A stretch of 60,770 nucleotides of DNA, filler included, from Sphacelaria rigidula (GCA_964200075.2; 9 parts of 9 records of this genome joined end to end with filler, not necessarily neighbours in it), one strand, 5' to 3'. Positions 38,584 to 50,620 are shown, counted from the first letter of the whole stretch. Notes: generated by a model from the sequence alone, not told the origin. A program made the numbers and translations.

Positions 38584-38671
38584 ACCGACGTAGCTTAACT
38601 GGAAAGAAGAGCACTCTGCGTCTCGCTTGCGTTTCGCAGAGAGAGTAAGGGTTCAAATCCCTTCGTCGGTC
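38584..38671 (+). ncRNA. tRNA-like sequence (pseudo-tRNA or SINE head) with an extended anticodon arm
   Basis: Acceptor ACCGACG/CGTCGGT (7 of 7 pairs), D-stem GCTT/GAGC, T-arm AAGGG-TTCAAAT-CCCTT, and an anticodon-position stem CTCTGCG/CGCAGAG with a 14-nt loop lacking U33. Confidence 0.6.
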
Positions 38672-39093
38672 TCTCTGAAAAAATAAGTCAATAGCCATGT
38701 ACGACATCATGCATTCGATGTTCCCAGTACGGTCTCGAGTGCGGTAGTTGCCCACCGCACCATTCGGTTGGTATGTGTCCGCTGAAAGTATTGGTGATGC
38801 TGAGCAAAATATCGGTCTGAACATAACTTGGACATTCCCATCCTAAATACATCCTATTAACCATCCATGTGGGGCTCGAGTCATGTCCCGTGCATTTGTG
38901 GCCTTGGAGTAGTCATCAGTCTTCAAGTGCGCCCAGGACTATTATACTTGAATGGTCCCCACAATCTGGCGTCAATATATACAACTCGACGACCTGCCCT
39001 CAACTTCTACATAATTGTCAACGTCTAGACTTGGAATCTCTTCGCCAAGAATGGTTCAAGGACCGATTTTGTTTCCATTCTAGAGTTCTGGAG

Positions 39094-39289
39094 TCAGGCC
39101 GTGTCTATCAAAATTTATTTCGACTCGAAAACGTACGGTGGAATCAAATTTGCTGGCACCTGATACGTCCACGGCATCCATATTATCAACCCTCTGAGAA
39201 AATGAGCAGCGTAGACGAATCAGAAACGAGCGAATTCGATTCCACCGTACGTTTTCGAGTCGAAAACAATTTGACAAGACACGGCCTGA
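39094..39289. mobile_element. MITE with ~60-bp TIRs
   Basis: TCAGGCCGTGTCT...CGACTCGAAAACGTACGGTGGAATC is inverted at 39230-39289. GAG occurs on both flanks. Confidence 0.75.
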
Positions 39290-40939
39290 GAGGATAATGA
39301 TTGGAAGAACAACAAGAAGGTGGTTGGCATATTATTCGAAACTTTCGTCATGTCGGAACAATAAAGACATGGAGTAGGAAAAGTATGTTCGTGCACGGTC
39401 GTGGGGAAGGAAAGGTGGATGGGGGAGGGGAGAAGGAGGTCGTACTCATGATCTCGCATGCCGTAGTCATGAGACCACTGACCTCGCATTCCTACAAGGC
39501 TGGAGGAGAGTGGGGGAGATTTTATCCGTTTTTGGTCCGAAGACACGGCTTTTCGCCGGTAGCGCGATAACCACCACGAAACTGAAATAAATTGGAGCCT
39601 GAAGGGGTGTTCAACAGTACGGAAGGACCGGGACTGGTTCGATCAAGGGGAAAAAATCAAAAAGCCAAAACGCGGGGCCGCGTCCTCGTAGGGACCTGCG
39701 ACGACCGGTCAACCCGTGAGTCATTCAAAATGAGATCATAGAAATGAGTTTCCTTTCGGGATGTGTTCCAACTGCTAATATCACTTTATTCCCAAATTTC
39801 AGTAGTCAACGCTCACCACACACCGATAAGTGATGGTGACCAAAAAGCCTGAAAAAAATCGCTTTTCAACCGAAAATTCTCCGTCCGAATGTTGATTACT
39901 GTAGACCTCCCCCGCCTTACGCTTGTAGCCATTCAAATGTTGACTACTGTAGACCTTCCCTGTCTTACTGTAGTATACAGCTAGCTACTACTGCAGTTTT
40001 CCCTGACAACGGGAATGGACAACCCCATGTGAAATCAACGCGAATAGCAACTCACGAAGGCACCGGCAAAAACACAGCGCCTGGTGCATGAAATCACGGT
40101 TTTTCGAAAAAAAATCAAAAGTTGGATTATAAAAAGACGGAAGTCCCCAACTGACCGATATTTTCTTTAGCCATGAGTGACGCCGAGATACCCCCCCCCT
40201 GCCCCCAAAACCAGCGTCACAACTGTCACGAAGAAAATGGTCATACAGCGCGTAATACAGTAGCTGTCTTCACACTGCACGAAGCGCCTCATAGGGGCAA
40301 CATTGGCAAAAACGATCCTAAGCGTGGGAGTTCGCAGCTGTTCGGTGTGCTTGTCTTTTGTCATTGTAATTGACACGTACTTTTTGCCTTCTCAAACCGG
40401 CCATTTAGGGGGGGGGGCGTACTCATGTGTTGCTTGCCTTAGTCGTTTGACCATCGACCACGCATCCCTTTCGAGACGGAGCNNNNNNNNNNNNNNNNNN
40501 NNNNNNNNNNNNNNNNNNNNNNNNNNTTAATTAATTAANNNNNNNNNNNNNNNNNNNNNNNNNNNNNNNNNNNNNNNNNNNNCTCCCCCCCCCTCCCGCG
40601 CGCCAATCTTTGCTCCGTCTCGAAAGGGATGCGTGGTCAATGATCGGACGACTAAGGCAAGCAACAAATGAGGACACCCCCAATGAGTGCCCCCCTGCTG
40701 TATACTTTCCAATGCTCTATCGTCGGGCCTTGTTCATAGCCCCTGCGCATGGTTGACTGGCCCTTGGGCGCACGTTGAAACGCGAACAGTAACACTACGA
40801 CAAGTACCCGGTGCGTTGATCCTAGAGAAGCGGTAGACCGTACCAAGACGATATCGTACTTCCATTTCGCGGCGATTGGGTTGTAGGTTCTACAACATGC
40901 TCTCATTCGTCGACCTTTCGTGTGTAATATGTCGTGCAG

Positions 40940-41107
40940 GGGGGCTCCCAAAGCAGTGATCGTCTTCACGCAGCAGCAATGGGGCTAGACGGCTCGGTCA
41001 TTCTCGCTGGACAAACCTCGGGCGACTGGAATGGTTCGAATGCCGGCGTGACCGACTTTGCGGCGTTGAAGCTGGATGCGGACGGCGTTCTCCAATGGCG
41101 GTGGCAG
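40940..41107 (+). CDS. Cell-surface beta-propeller-repeat protein, repeat exon (168 bp, phase 0/0)
   Basis: GGSQSSDRLHAAAMGLDGSVILAGQTSGDWNGSNAGVTDFAALKLDADGVLQWRWQ with a TGCAG acceptor and CAG|GTGAGA donor. Confidence 0.85.
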
Positions 41108-41625
41108 GTGAGATGCGGATCAGGATGGTACGTTGTGGAAGAGCATCTACGATAATAGCAGTATGGCAGGTCTCGACATACATCGGCGGAGATATTGAGG
41201 AGGGATGATGGGGCATGATACCCTACCAAAGGCACAACACTATTGTTGTAGCTTGTCGGTTGCTTCTCCCTCGTTTTATCGCGTTTGTCAGATAGGTTCA
41301 TACATTTACATCACGATAATTTCTTTGCATCAGTCATGTGAAAGAATCATGTAGGTATGAACGTGTTGATTGTACACAGTCAGTAAATCGGGGATGTCGT
41401 GAAAATCATCCGACAGCCACGAGTAGTGAAAGTGTGCTCGCGTCGCTGGTGATCGCTCGTTTGTGCAAGAGGTAAGGTGTTCATGCCACAAACACAGCTG
41501 GAGTCCCACGTCACTGTCTTTTTTTTTTTCTTCTTTTTCGAGGAGTAAGATGGCCAAGCAAATATACCTGGGGACAGCTGAAAGTCAACTCGGATCTCGT
41601 CCTGGTCTGTTGCTTCTTTCGGCAG

Positions 41626-41793
41626 AGCGGGACAACGGTGCAGGACTATCTGTATGCAGCTTCCGTATTGGAGGACGGCTCCGTGCTGCTGACCGGAGAC
41701 ACGGAGGGTAGCTGGGCTACCGTCAGCACTGGCAATAAGGACTTCGTTGCTGTGGTTCTGGACGCCAGTGGGAACGAGCTCATGCGTTGGCAG
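41626..41793 (+). CDS. Cell-surface beta-propeller-repeat protein, repeat exon (168 bp, phase 0/0)
   Basis: SGTTVQDYLYAASVLEDGSVLLTGDTEGSWATVSTGNKDFVAVVLDASGNELMRWQ with a polypyrimidine-CAG acceptor and CAG|GTGCGT donor. Paralogous to the previous exon. Confidence 0.85.
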
Positions 41794-42438
41794 GTGCGTT
41801 GGTGATGATCGCCGTTGCTACGGCTCCCGTGTTTTTTGCTCATCACGATGCGTTGCTTAAGAAGATTAAAAATAATGGCCGCCGCCCGGGGGGTCTGGGC
41901 AGATTCTATCCCCCCTCGACATGGAATGACAGGACACAGTCGAGTTCAAAAGACCATCTGGTGTACACTTGGTGGCATCGGTGTGCAACTGCAACACTGC
42001 GATGCGGACTCAATCGCTCCGTTGCCAGACTCAGGTATATTATCTCGCTCGTAGGTCGGCCAGCCATTTGCTGTGTTTACCACACGATGGGTTTTCGGCA
42101 CCCTTTCTACATCGCGGTGATGAAACCCTTCATATCTGGCAGATGAAGGATCAGAACCCAATTAGTATCCCAGTCATCGCTAGCTACGTCTCCGTTCGTG
42201 CTGCACTTGTGGCACATTCAACATTCGGACGCATGGGGGTCGAAGGGGTTCAGTGAGGACGGTCTGCCATTTACATGCATTCATGTACAAGTCGATATCT
42301 TTCCCCGACGTGTGTCTTTCACTCAAACGAACAGAGGGAATCTGTGACTGCAACAGATATGTGCAGCAAGAAAACATGAGAGCAAAACGTAGGTTCCGTT
42401 TTCCTGACGTACACGCCTTGCCGATCGTTTTTTCACAG

Positions 42439-42843
42439 CACGGGACGGGGCAAGACGACGAATTCGACGGGATCGCGGCCGGATCCGACGGTAGAGTTGT
42501 TTTGGCGGGAACTACGTTCGGAGACTGGGGTACCACGCGCGCAGGGAACGGCGATTTCGCTGCCGTGATGCTGAACACGAGCGAAATTCCTACGCCATCA
42601 CCCACGCTCGGCACGGCTGCACCTTACCCTGCCCCCGGAGGAGTTCCCACGCCCACGCCCACGCCATCTCAATCGGGAACACCTCGCCCTTCGGTGGCAC
42701 CTACGGCTGATACCACCAGCCCTGTCACCAACAGTCCTGCTACCAACAGCTCTGCTACCAACAGCTCTGACGCCGATGTTGACACCCAGACTTCAAGCTC
42801 TGAGAGGACAACCCCAGCGCGAACTGGAGCACTTTCGGCGTTG

Positions 42844-42874
<31 letters not shown>

Positions 42875-42912
42875 CGCTCGTAGTCATCGTGACTGCTGAC
42901 ATCATGCAGTAG
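42439..42912 (+). CDS. Cell-surface beta-propeller-repeat protein, terminal exon (repeat, P/T/S stalk, hydrophobic GPI-like tail)
   Basis: HGTGQDDEFDGIAAGSDGRVVLAGTTFGDWG...DFAAVML, then a PTPTPTPS/TNSS stalk, then ALSALAAAAAAAAATALVVIVTADIMQ*. Acceptor TTTTTTCACAG. Confidence 0.85.
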
Positions 42913-45138
42913 TCAAACTTTGAATATGGTGGTCACTCAATCGGATTTTTTCTCACTGAGAATGTGTCACCCCCACTCGAGAGTATGTCGGTAAGCGTTG
43001 GGAAAAAATTGAAGAAAAAAAACAGGTCGCCCTCGTAACACATTATCCAATTTTGTGTTATCCAAAGTATGGCCCCCAAAAACACGGCTGTTCGGCTGTA
43101 GCGCAAGGACTGTCGAGAAAATAGCAAAACCGAAGCCGTAGACATTTTTTTTATAACGATCCGGATCGGTTCGGTCGGCGAAAATATCAAAGAGCGACAA
43201 CTGGGGGCTGTACACTCGTAGGACCCCCGAATGCCCGTGAGCTCGTGTCTCCTTCATAACTGGTCGTAATGTATATTTTCTTGTCGAAAATTGTGTTGGG
43301 TGCTCGTGTCTCTCAATTCTCGAAGTTTGGGATCAAACGGACACCGCGATGAGTCATCGTAAACGAAACACCTCAGAAAAGCTCTTCCAATCGAAAATGT
43401 TGTGTGTCAGGTGGACAACGTTAGCCACCGGTGAGGTTCAAGTAGCGGTTATGCACGTCCGCCCTATCTGTCGGAGTAAGCTAGAAGAGACAACAATCGC
43501 CCACGCTCTTGGTTTTTTATTTTCCAAGTTTTTTTGGGGGGGAACTGGGAACACAATCTAAGCTGCGCGGGTGGAAGAACATTTGTAGTGATTGCCAAGT
43601 CGTCTCTGTTAAACGGCAAGCTACTGTAGCATGCAGAGGGGAAAAAAACAAGGCCCAGAGTTGTCGGCATATATATATATATATACATACACGTATTGGA
43701 AAGAACGTCGGTACAAAGTAAGAAAGACATCTTTTGGCAATGATTCGGAACATGACCATCTACAGAGCTCGTGGATGAGATTCATGTCCACGTGATGTGG
43801 TTCCACAACAGCCGAGTCGCAACCTGCGTCCAGGGCTTTGTGTGTGTTTTTTCTTTGTTTCGGCTTATTTTTTGAACGGCACCCTTTTACCTGAAGCCAT
43901 GCGGCGGGGGGCCGCCATTTTTTTTGTATTATTATTTTAGCGGGACCGGTACTACGCCTGTCCTAGCGTTTATTTCTCTCTCTTCCCGTTCCTTCCCTGT
44001 ATTATCTTCCTCTTTCTTGAGTGTGTATTTGTGTGAGTGTGTTTCCCTGTTCCTTGTATTGCAGTCGACTACCTGTTCTCTTTTCAATTTAGCCTTTTCT
44101 CGAGCTTCCTTGAGTGAGTGTTTTCGTTCTGTTTACCTTGCGTACGTCTATCTTGTGACGGCGGCTGAATTCGTACGGCATCAGTTAATGTGCGGCAACC
44201 CATTGACCGCTCGAATCAGTATGAGACTTGTAAATATACCCGCAGCCAGTGACGGTTTGGATTCCTCTTCTGGTAATGAATGCATTTAGCCGTGTTAGGT
44301 CGGATGAGTTGATGGACAGCGAGACGGTGGAATGCGAAACAGGACGACCAAATTGTTTTGAGAATAAAGGGACTATGATTTGAAGGTGTGTGGTGGGTTC
44401 GACGTCAGGTTCATGTGGTTACGTAGAATCACTCCCTTCACTAGATCCACGGTGAAATCTACGAATAAAACATCCCAAACTTTTTTTTTCTGGGCACATC
44501 ATACCGACATCAGCTGAGGAGCTTCTTGGTAACATATGGCTCCTTGCAAGTCTGTGTGCCGGCCGCGACGGACCGAGCGCCCGGCTAAATCACGATCAAC
44601 AGCATTCGCATGCTGCAATCAAGCTCAACCAGAGGCAGCTTGCTCCTACGCTTCCCATGAATACTTTATCTTCAGGGATGGAGAGCTTTGCTTACGATAC
44701 CCTCCGGTGATTCGGTAAGGGGGTTTCGTTGAATATGATGGCTATTACCCCCCCTGCCCCCCCTGCCCCCACCCACCCCGTCGAGCGGAAGCAGTTGGCG
44801 GGCATGACAACGGGGGGCCGGGTGACAGTAACGAATACGATTGGGGATCTCAGCAGATATGATACTGCGACATGTACGAGCGCCAGTCGGTGCACATATG
44901 AAGTGAGGGGGTTCAGCGCCCTGACTACCAAAGGTCGAAGTAGTACATGAAATACCCCTACTACAGCATCCGCCCCCTCAGTAGAAGCCTTGATGGAGGA
45001 ACCAAGGTTTTTTTTTTTTAAATGCGAAATTGTTACAGGAAAATGTGGCTCAAGTTTTGAAAGCAATTACAAAAAGACAACGGTCAGAATGGGCTCAAGA
45101 TGCCCCGACGTTACTGTTGTAGTACGATTAAGGTTTCA

Positions 45139-45562
45139 AACACGGGATCTTGCAAATTGGGGATGGATCTTTTCCTGGGGATGGGAAACCCGGATAATTA
45201 ATATCCTCGTATCCACACCAAATCTTTCGAAATATGGTTCCATTTCTCCACCTACTGATAGTTATCGACAACTGCTACACGCCAGAGAAATTTGGATTTC
45301 GATCACCGAAATGTTGGGGTCATAGGTGAAGAAACAATTTTGGGGAATTCGGGGTGTCCGAACGGACGCCATAATGGTTCCGATTTTTTTTCACCTAGGA
45401 CCCCAACATTTCGGTGATCGAAATCCAAATTTCTATGGCGTGTAGCAGTTGTCAAAAGCTATCAGTAGGTGAAGAAATGGAACCATATTTCGAAGATTTG
45501 GTGTGGATACGAATATTTTAATTCTCAGGGTTTCCCATCGCCAATTTGTAAGATGCCGTGTT
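45139..45562. mobile_element. Foldback MITE, FB1-related variant with different outer ends
   Basis: Palindromic core homologous to 1136-1580. Ends AACACGG...CCGTGTT with flanks TTCA/TTTA. Confidence 0.8.
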
Positions 45563-46286
45563 TTTAGGCGATATTTTATTGGCATTTAGACCAAAGATAG
45601 GAACCGCACCCTACACCTCTGACGGGCACATTTTTTCTACCTACCTGGTGTGGGATGCCGCAGGATGAACACTGACTGGCCTATTTCCCCGGAAAACTAA
45701 GTAATGACGGAATAAATTCATCTGTAGTCTAGTCATAATCATCATAGTTCACTGAGTCGGGTTATTCCCAAGCTCTAATAGAGGATTATTAGGTCTCTGT
45801 CATGGGTCTCTGTCAGCAAAAAAAGAAGAAAACAAGTATTTTAATTCATCGACATGCTCATCCCTTGATCGATTGACTCTCAAAAGCTCCTCTCAGCTCA
45901 CAGTGCGAATCTCGCGTCACTTGATCTGTCTCCGTGTCGGTGGGATGATTTCGTGAGCCCTCCCATACTTTTTAGCACCTTTCGTGTCGTGCGGCCTGCG
46001 ACAATCGATGTTGCGTGTTCGGACGACAGGCGACGCCGAACCTGCCCCAGATCCTGAACCCAATACGGTCCTGTTAGGGTCAATTTTGTACCAATCTCAG
46101 CTTACAGTGCGAATCTTGTCCCACTCGATGTATGTGTGTATAAGGCCGGATGTTATGGCACACAGATTTTTGGCCCACGGATTGTTCACCTTAGGGACAT
46201 TTGACCCCCCTTTTGACCCCCAAACAGGGAAAATCGCCAACACACATCTTGGACACTTTTCATTACCCCACAGAGAGGAGCCTAGC

Positions 46287-46440
46287 TAGAGGTGGACACC
46301 GGATAAGAAAATCGAAAAACCGGTGACCGGATAAGGACGCGTTATTTTGAAAAACAAAAAACCGGTTAAACCATTTTTTTTCAGCCGATTTAACCGATTC
46401 ACCGGAAAACCGGTTTAACCGGATAAGCAAGGGGAAACGC
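46287..46440 (+). mobile_element. Probable hAT-like transposon end
   Basis: TAGAGGTG start followed by clustered (A)ACCGG / ACCGGATAAG subterminal motifs. No partner end was seen. Confidence 0.45.
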
Positions 46441-47886
46441 CTCCAGATCATTGAAACGCAGGTGAATTCGGCGTTGTCGTCGTACAGTATGTTTCGTGTG
46501 TGGTGGGTGATGGATACTCTCGAACACATCCATTGTCGGTAACGGCAAGGTTCAATCTCACACCCCCGCACTCCGCACTCCGCACTCCGCACCCGTGCAA
46601 CACCTGTCGAACTTTATAGCACAGTGGCTGACGACTGGTGACAGAGTTTTATGCGTGATAGGAAATGGTGTTCGTGATTACGTGAACAGCTGCTGTTCAA
46701 ATCTTGCACCTATCCCTAGCAAACACAGGGTGTCAAAAGTAGAAAATAAAAACTATACTTCGGAGTGGTAGATAGTAGTGGGAACCTGAACCGTTCTTTT
46801 TCTCATTTCTCCGTCGTCGGCGATTTTCTCAGGCTCTTCCGCTTGTCACGGTCCATCACATTGAGGATTCAAAGATTCCTGTATCCGCTCCACATTCAAT
46901 GAAAACAAAATCATCTGTACTCAACATTGGGTGACTTACGGGCTGGCCGGTCGTCGGGGGTCCTGCAATTTTTCAGCACAGATTCTGACTCTTTGCACTT
47001 TTAGTTCGATCGAGCCCGTCCCGATCGTTGTTGTAAAGAAATGTGTAGTTCTATTTTTTTGAATTCTACCTACGATACTCACTGCACCAGAGCCGAATAA
47101 CTGCGTTTTACGGCCAATAACATCCTCCTTATAATAAATGGGGTATCTGCTCTTATCGCCCGATAGCACTACATAGCACTACTTGGGCACTGTTTCGTTT
47201 GAGATTAAACAGCCAATCATCTATGTTGAGGATGGTGCTTTTGATNNNNNNNNNNNNNNNNNNNNNNNNNNNNNNNNNNNNNNNNNNNNTTAATTAATTA
47301 ANNNNNNNNNNNNNNNNNNNNNNNNNNNNNNNNNNNNNNNNNNNNGATCTCGGAATGATCTCCCGATCTTTAAAAACAAAATCGGCAGAAATCGTTCTGA
47401 GATCGCAACACCCCGATATTATCTCCCCCGATTTGGACCAAGAAATACGTTCCCCGATTTTCCCCCCCACGATGTAAAAAAAATGGGATCGGTGATGGCC
47501 ATTAAAAAAAAAGGTTGATTGATTGCTTCTCTCACATTAGCTGACCGCATCAGTCCAGCCCGTGGGCAGAAGCAGCAAATAAAAACAGAATGATGAAAGA
47601 AAGAAGGGGAAAAAACAGATGAAGACAAAAGCAGCGGTCTCAGAAAGGAGAGAAGAAAGGAAGCAGCGATGGTCTGAAACCCTTGGTATTCGTGACTAGG
47701 ATATCGACGTGTAGATGTAAGCACACGCTTGTGATGTAGGCAAAGAAAAGCACACGCGGAATGAATAATTGGCCAACTTGAAGCGAATGATAAAACCCAC
47801 TCTCAATCAACGCCCTACTCTCAATCTCACGAAACCATTGCTACCTGCCGCTGACACACGATTGATAGATAGAAGTCCCAAGAGGA

Positions 47887-49108
47887 TTAACCCTTGGACC
47901 GCAATCAACGCCCTGTTTTCAATCTCACGAAACCATCGCTACCTGCCGTTAACATACAATTGAGAGGTAGAAGGTTCCAGAAGGATTAACCCTTAGACCG
48001 CGAGGAAGGTAGCCATCTGGATCATGCTTACGTTTTCAAGTGGAATTGATGCCGATTCAATAGGTAACTTACTCTTAACGTCTGAAATTTACCTTTGGAA
48101 CGCAATCAACGCCCTACTCTCAATTTCACAAAAACATTGCTACCTGCCGCTAACACACGGTTGTGAGGTAGACGGTCCCAAAAACCTTAGACCGCGAGGA
48201 GGATAGTCTATCTGGATCACGCATAGTTTTTCAAGTGAGATTGATGCCAATTCAAGAGATGATCTACTCTTCTTGCCGTCTACGGGTTAACCCTTGGATC
48301 GCAATCAACGCCCTACTCTCAATCTCACGAAAATATCGTTACCTACCACTAACACACAATTGTTGTGAGGTAGACGGTCCCAAAAGGGTTAACCCTTAAA
48401 CTGCGAGGAGGGTAGTCCGTTTGGATCGCGCATACTTTTTCAAGTGGAATTGATGCCGATTCAAATTGTAACCTACTCTTGCCTTCTAAGGGTCAATCCT
48501 CAGACCGCGAAGGTAGGCCACCTGCTGAATCGGCATCAATACTCACTTGAAAAAAATATGCATGATCCGGGTGGACTATTGCACCGCGGTCTAAGGGACA
48601 ACCCTTTGACCGCGATGCGGGCAGTCCACCTGGATCGCGCATACTTTTCAAGTGAAATTGGTGCCGATTCAGCATATGACCTACCCTCGCGGTCAAAGAG
48701 CCGCGGTGCGGGCAGTTTATCTACATAATGCATTCTCTTTTCAAGTGAATATTGATGCCGATTCAGCAGGTGACCTATTCTTGCGGTCGAAGGGTTGACC
48801 CTTAGACCGCGAGGATAGCCCATCTAGATCATGCATCATGCTTTTTTCAAGTGACATTGATGCCGATTCAAAAGATGACCTATTCTCACCATGTACGGGT
48901 TAACCCTTAGACCACGAGGGTAGTCCATTGGGATCATGCATATACTTTTCTCAAGTGAAATTGATGCCATGCCAACAGATGACCTACCCTCGCCGTCAAA
49001 GGGTTAACCCTTGGACCGCGAAATTAGTCTTTCTGGATCATGCATACTCTTTTCCACTTGAAATTGATGCCAATTCAACAGAAGACTAACCTCGCGGTCT
49101 AAGGGTTA
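47887..49108. repeat. Tandem array of ~12 ~100-bp piggyBac-like MITE monomers joined at TTAA
   Basis: Recurrent AGGG|TTAA|CCCTT(A/G)GACCGCG junctions, monomer TIRs CCCTTAGACCGCG/CGCGGTCTAAGGG, two monomer types, and one inverted monomer. Confidence 0.85.
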
Positions 49109-49137
49109 AGGACCACACGAGCATCAACACTACTGGG

Positions 49138-49445
49138 TGTGTGCGTGTGTGTTGCCATCCCATCTCTTGTGGGCACCAGTCTACATCTTCCGGTGTATGT
49201 GGGCGCACCATCCGGGGTCACACAGGAGAAAGGACAACACGGGAGTTTTTTTGTTTGTTTGTGATAGTTCTTCACCTTCCTTCTGCGGTGCCTGCCTTTC
49301 ATTTTTTATGGCGAGAGGCGTCAAGCAGTCCCTTTCCCTCGTCGACCGTTAAGTCGAGTTTCGTGTACCCACGACATCGTCGCTCTCCACTATTGGGGAT
49401 TTGTGAGAAAAATCCAGATCGCTCCGAGATTTGAACCCAGACCCG
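49138..49445 (-). mobile_element. SINE family 2, with its head truncated
   Basis: Homologous to 12338-12790, with B box GGGTTCAAATCTCGG on the minus strand. Confidence 0.75.
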
Positions 49446-49452
49446 GTGGAAG

Positions 49453-49713
49453 GCGATGGCACGCTGACTCTTTCTTGCCGTTGTATCCATCGGAGGCATA
49501 CCGCACGCATACTGACTCTGCACGCTATTGACTGCATGGTCAAAACAGGTCAGGAGTTCCCTGGAACTGCCTTCTACATGGATGCCCAGCATCCACATGA
49601 TTATACACATGATTATGAGAAAATGCGTTTTTGTGTAGCGAGAAAAAAGCTGTTCTGAACCCCAGATGTGGCATAGTCCATCTCAGTCCACCTGCGGGGT
49701 CGCTGAGGGTTAA
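49453..49713 (+). repeat. Dispersed repeat ending GAGGG|TTAA (piggyBac-like right end); second copy at 52172-52427
   Basis: Two ~260-bp alignable copies starting GCGATGGCACGCTGACT and both ending CTGAGGGTTAACC. Confidence 0.7.
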
Positions 49714-49899
49714 CCCTTGTACAGCGAGGGCAGGTCATCTGTTGAATCGGCATCAATTTCACCTCAAAAAAGTGTGTATAGCCTAGATGGACTACGTTCG
49801 CGGTCCTCACACCGTGATGGTAGTCCATCTGGATTATGCATTATTTTTTCGAGTGAAAATGATGCCGACTCAACAGATCGCGGTCTTCCGGTAAATCAC

Positions 49900-50620
49900 T
49901 TTAGTGCCGCAGGTGTTCATGTGCGGAATCGGCATCATTTTTACTCGAAAAGGGCCTGAAAATGATGCCGATTCCACAAATAAATGAATACTTCCACTGG
50001 GTCGAAATTTTGTGTCCACGCCGTAGAACAAAGCACTCTCTGCCTACGGAGCGATAGAACACCCTCACTGCCCGGGTGTTCGAGGTCTGCCTTTTTTGGG
50101 GTACGGCTGGGGTTAGTGTTGAAGTGCAGTTTGGTCAGTCTGTAAATAATGCATATATTGAGAATAAAGGGGTTTTAACGAAATAAAACCTTGGACCACC
50201 GGAGGTGTCCATTTGTTGACGGCACCACTTCATTAATTAGAGAAATCGGTATCATTTTCATCAAAGCGCCGGAGTTTAATGTGGAATCGGCATCATTGTT
50301 ACTCGGAAAGGGTCTGAAAATGATGCCGATTCTACCACTGAATGAATGCTTTCACTGGGCCGGAGGGTTCGTATCTACACCGTCGGACGAAGCACTATCT
50401 GCCTACGGAGCAATAGAGCACCCTCGCTACACGAGTGAGTGTTCGAGATCTGCCTTTCTCGGGACACGGCTGGGTTAGTATTGAAGTGCAGTTGGGTCAG
50501 TCAATAAAAGACGCGGATATTGTGAAGAAAGGGGCTGATAACGGAGTAAAGCCTTGGACGGCCGGAGGTGTCCATTTGCTGACGGCATAAAAATATTAAA
50601 TTTATGAAATCGGCATCGTT
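49900..50620 (+). repeat. ~360-bp direct tandem duplication containing the GGAATCGGCATCAT...ATGATGCCGATT hairpin
   Basis: 49920-50225 aligns with 50280-50585. The hairpin motif is shared with the MITE monomer core. Confidence 0.75.

Noticed and set aside
47887..49108. CRISPR or integron-cassette-like array
   Set aside because: The sequences between the GGGTTAACCC junctions are homologous MITE monomers, not unique spacers or gene cassettes.
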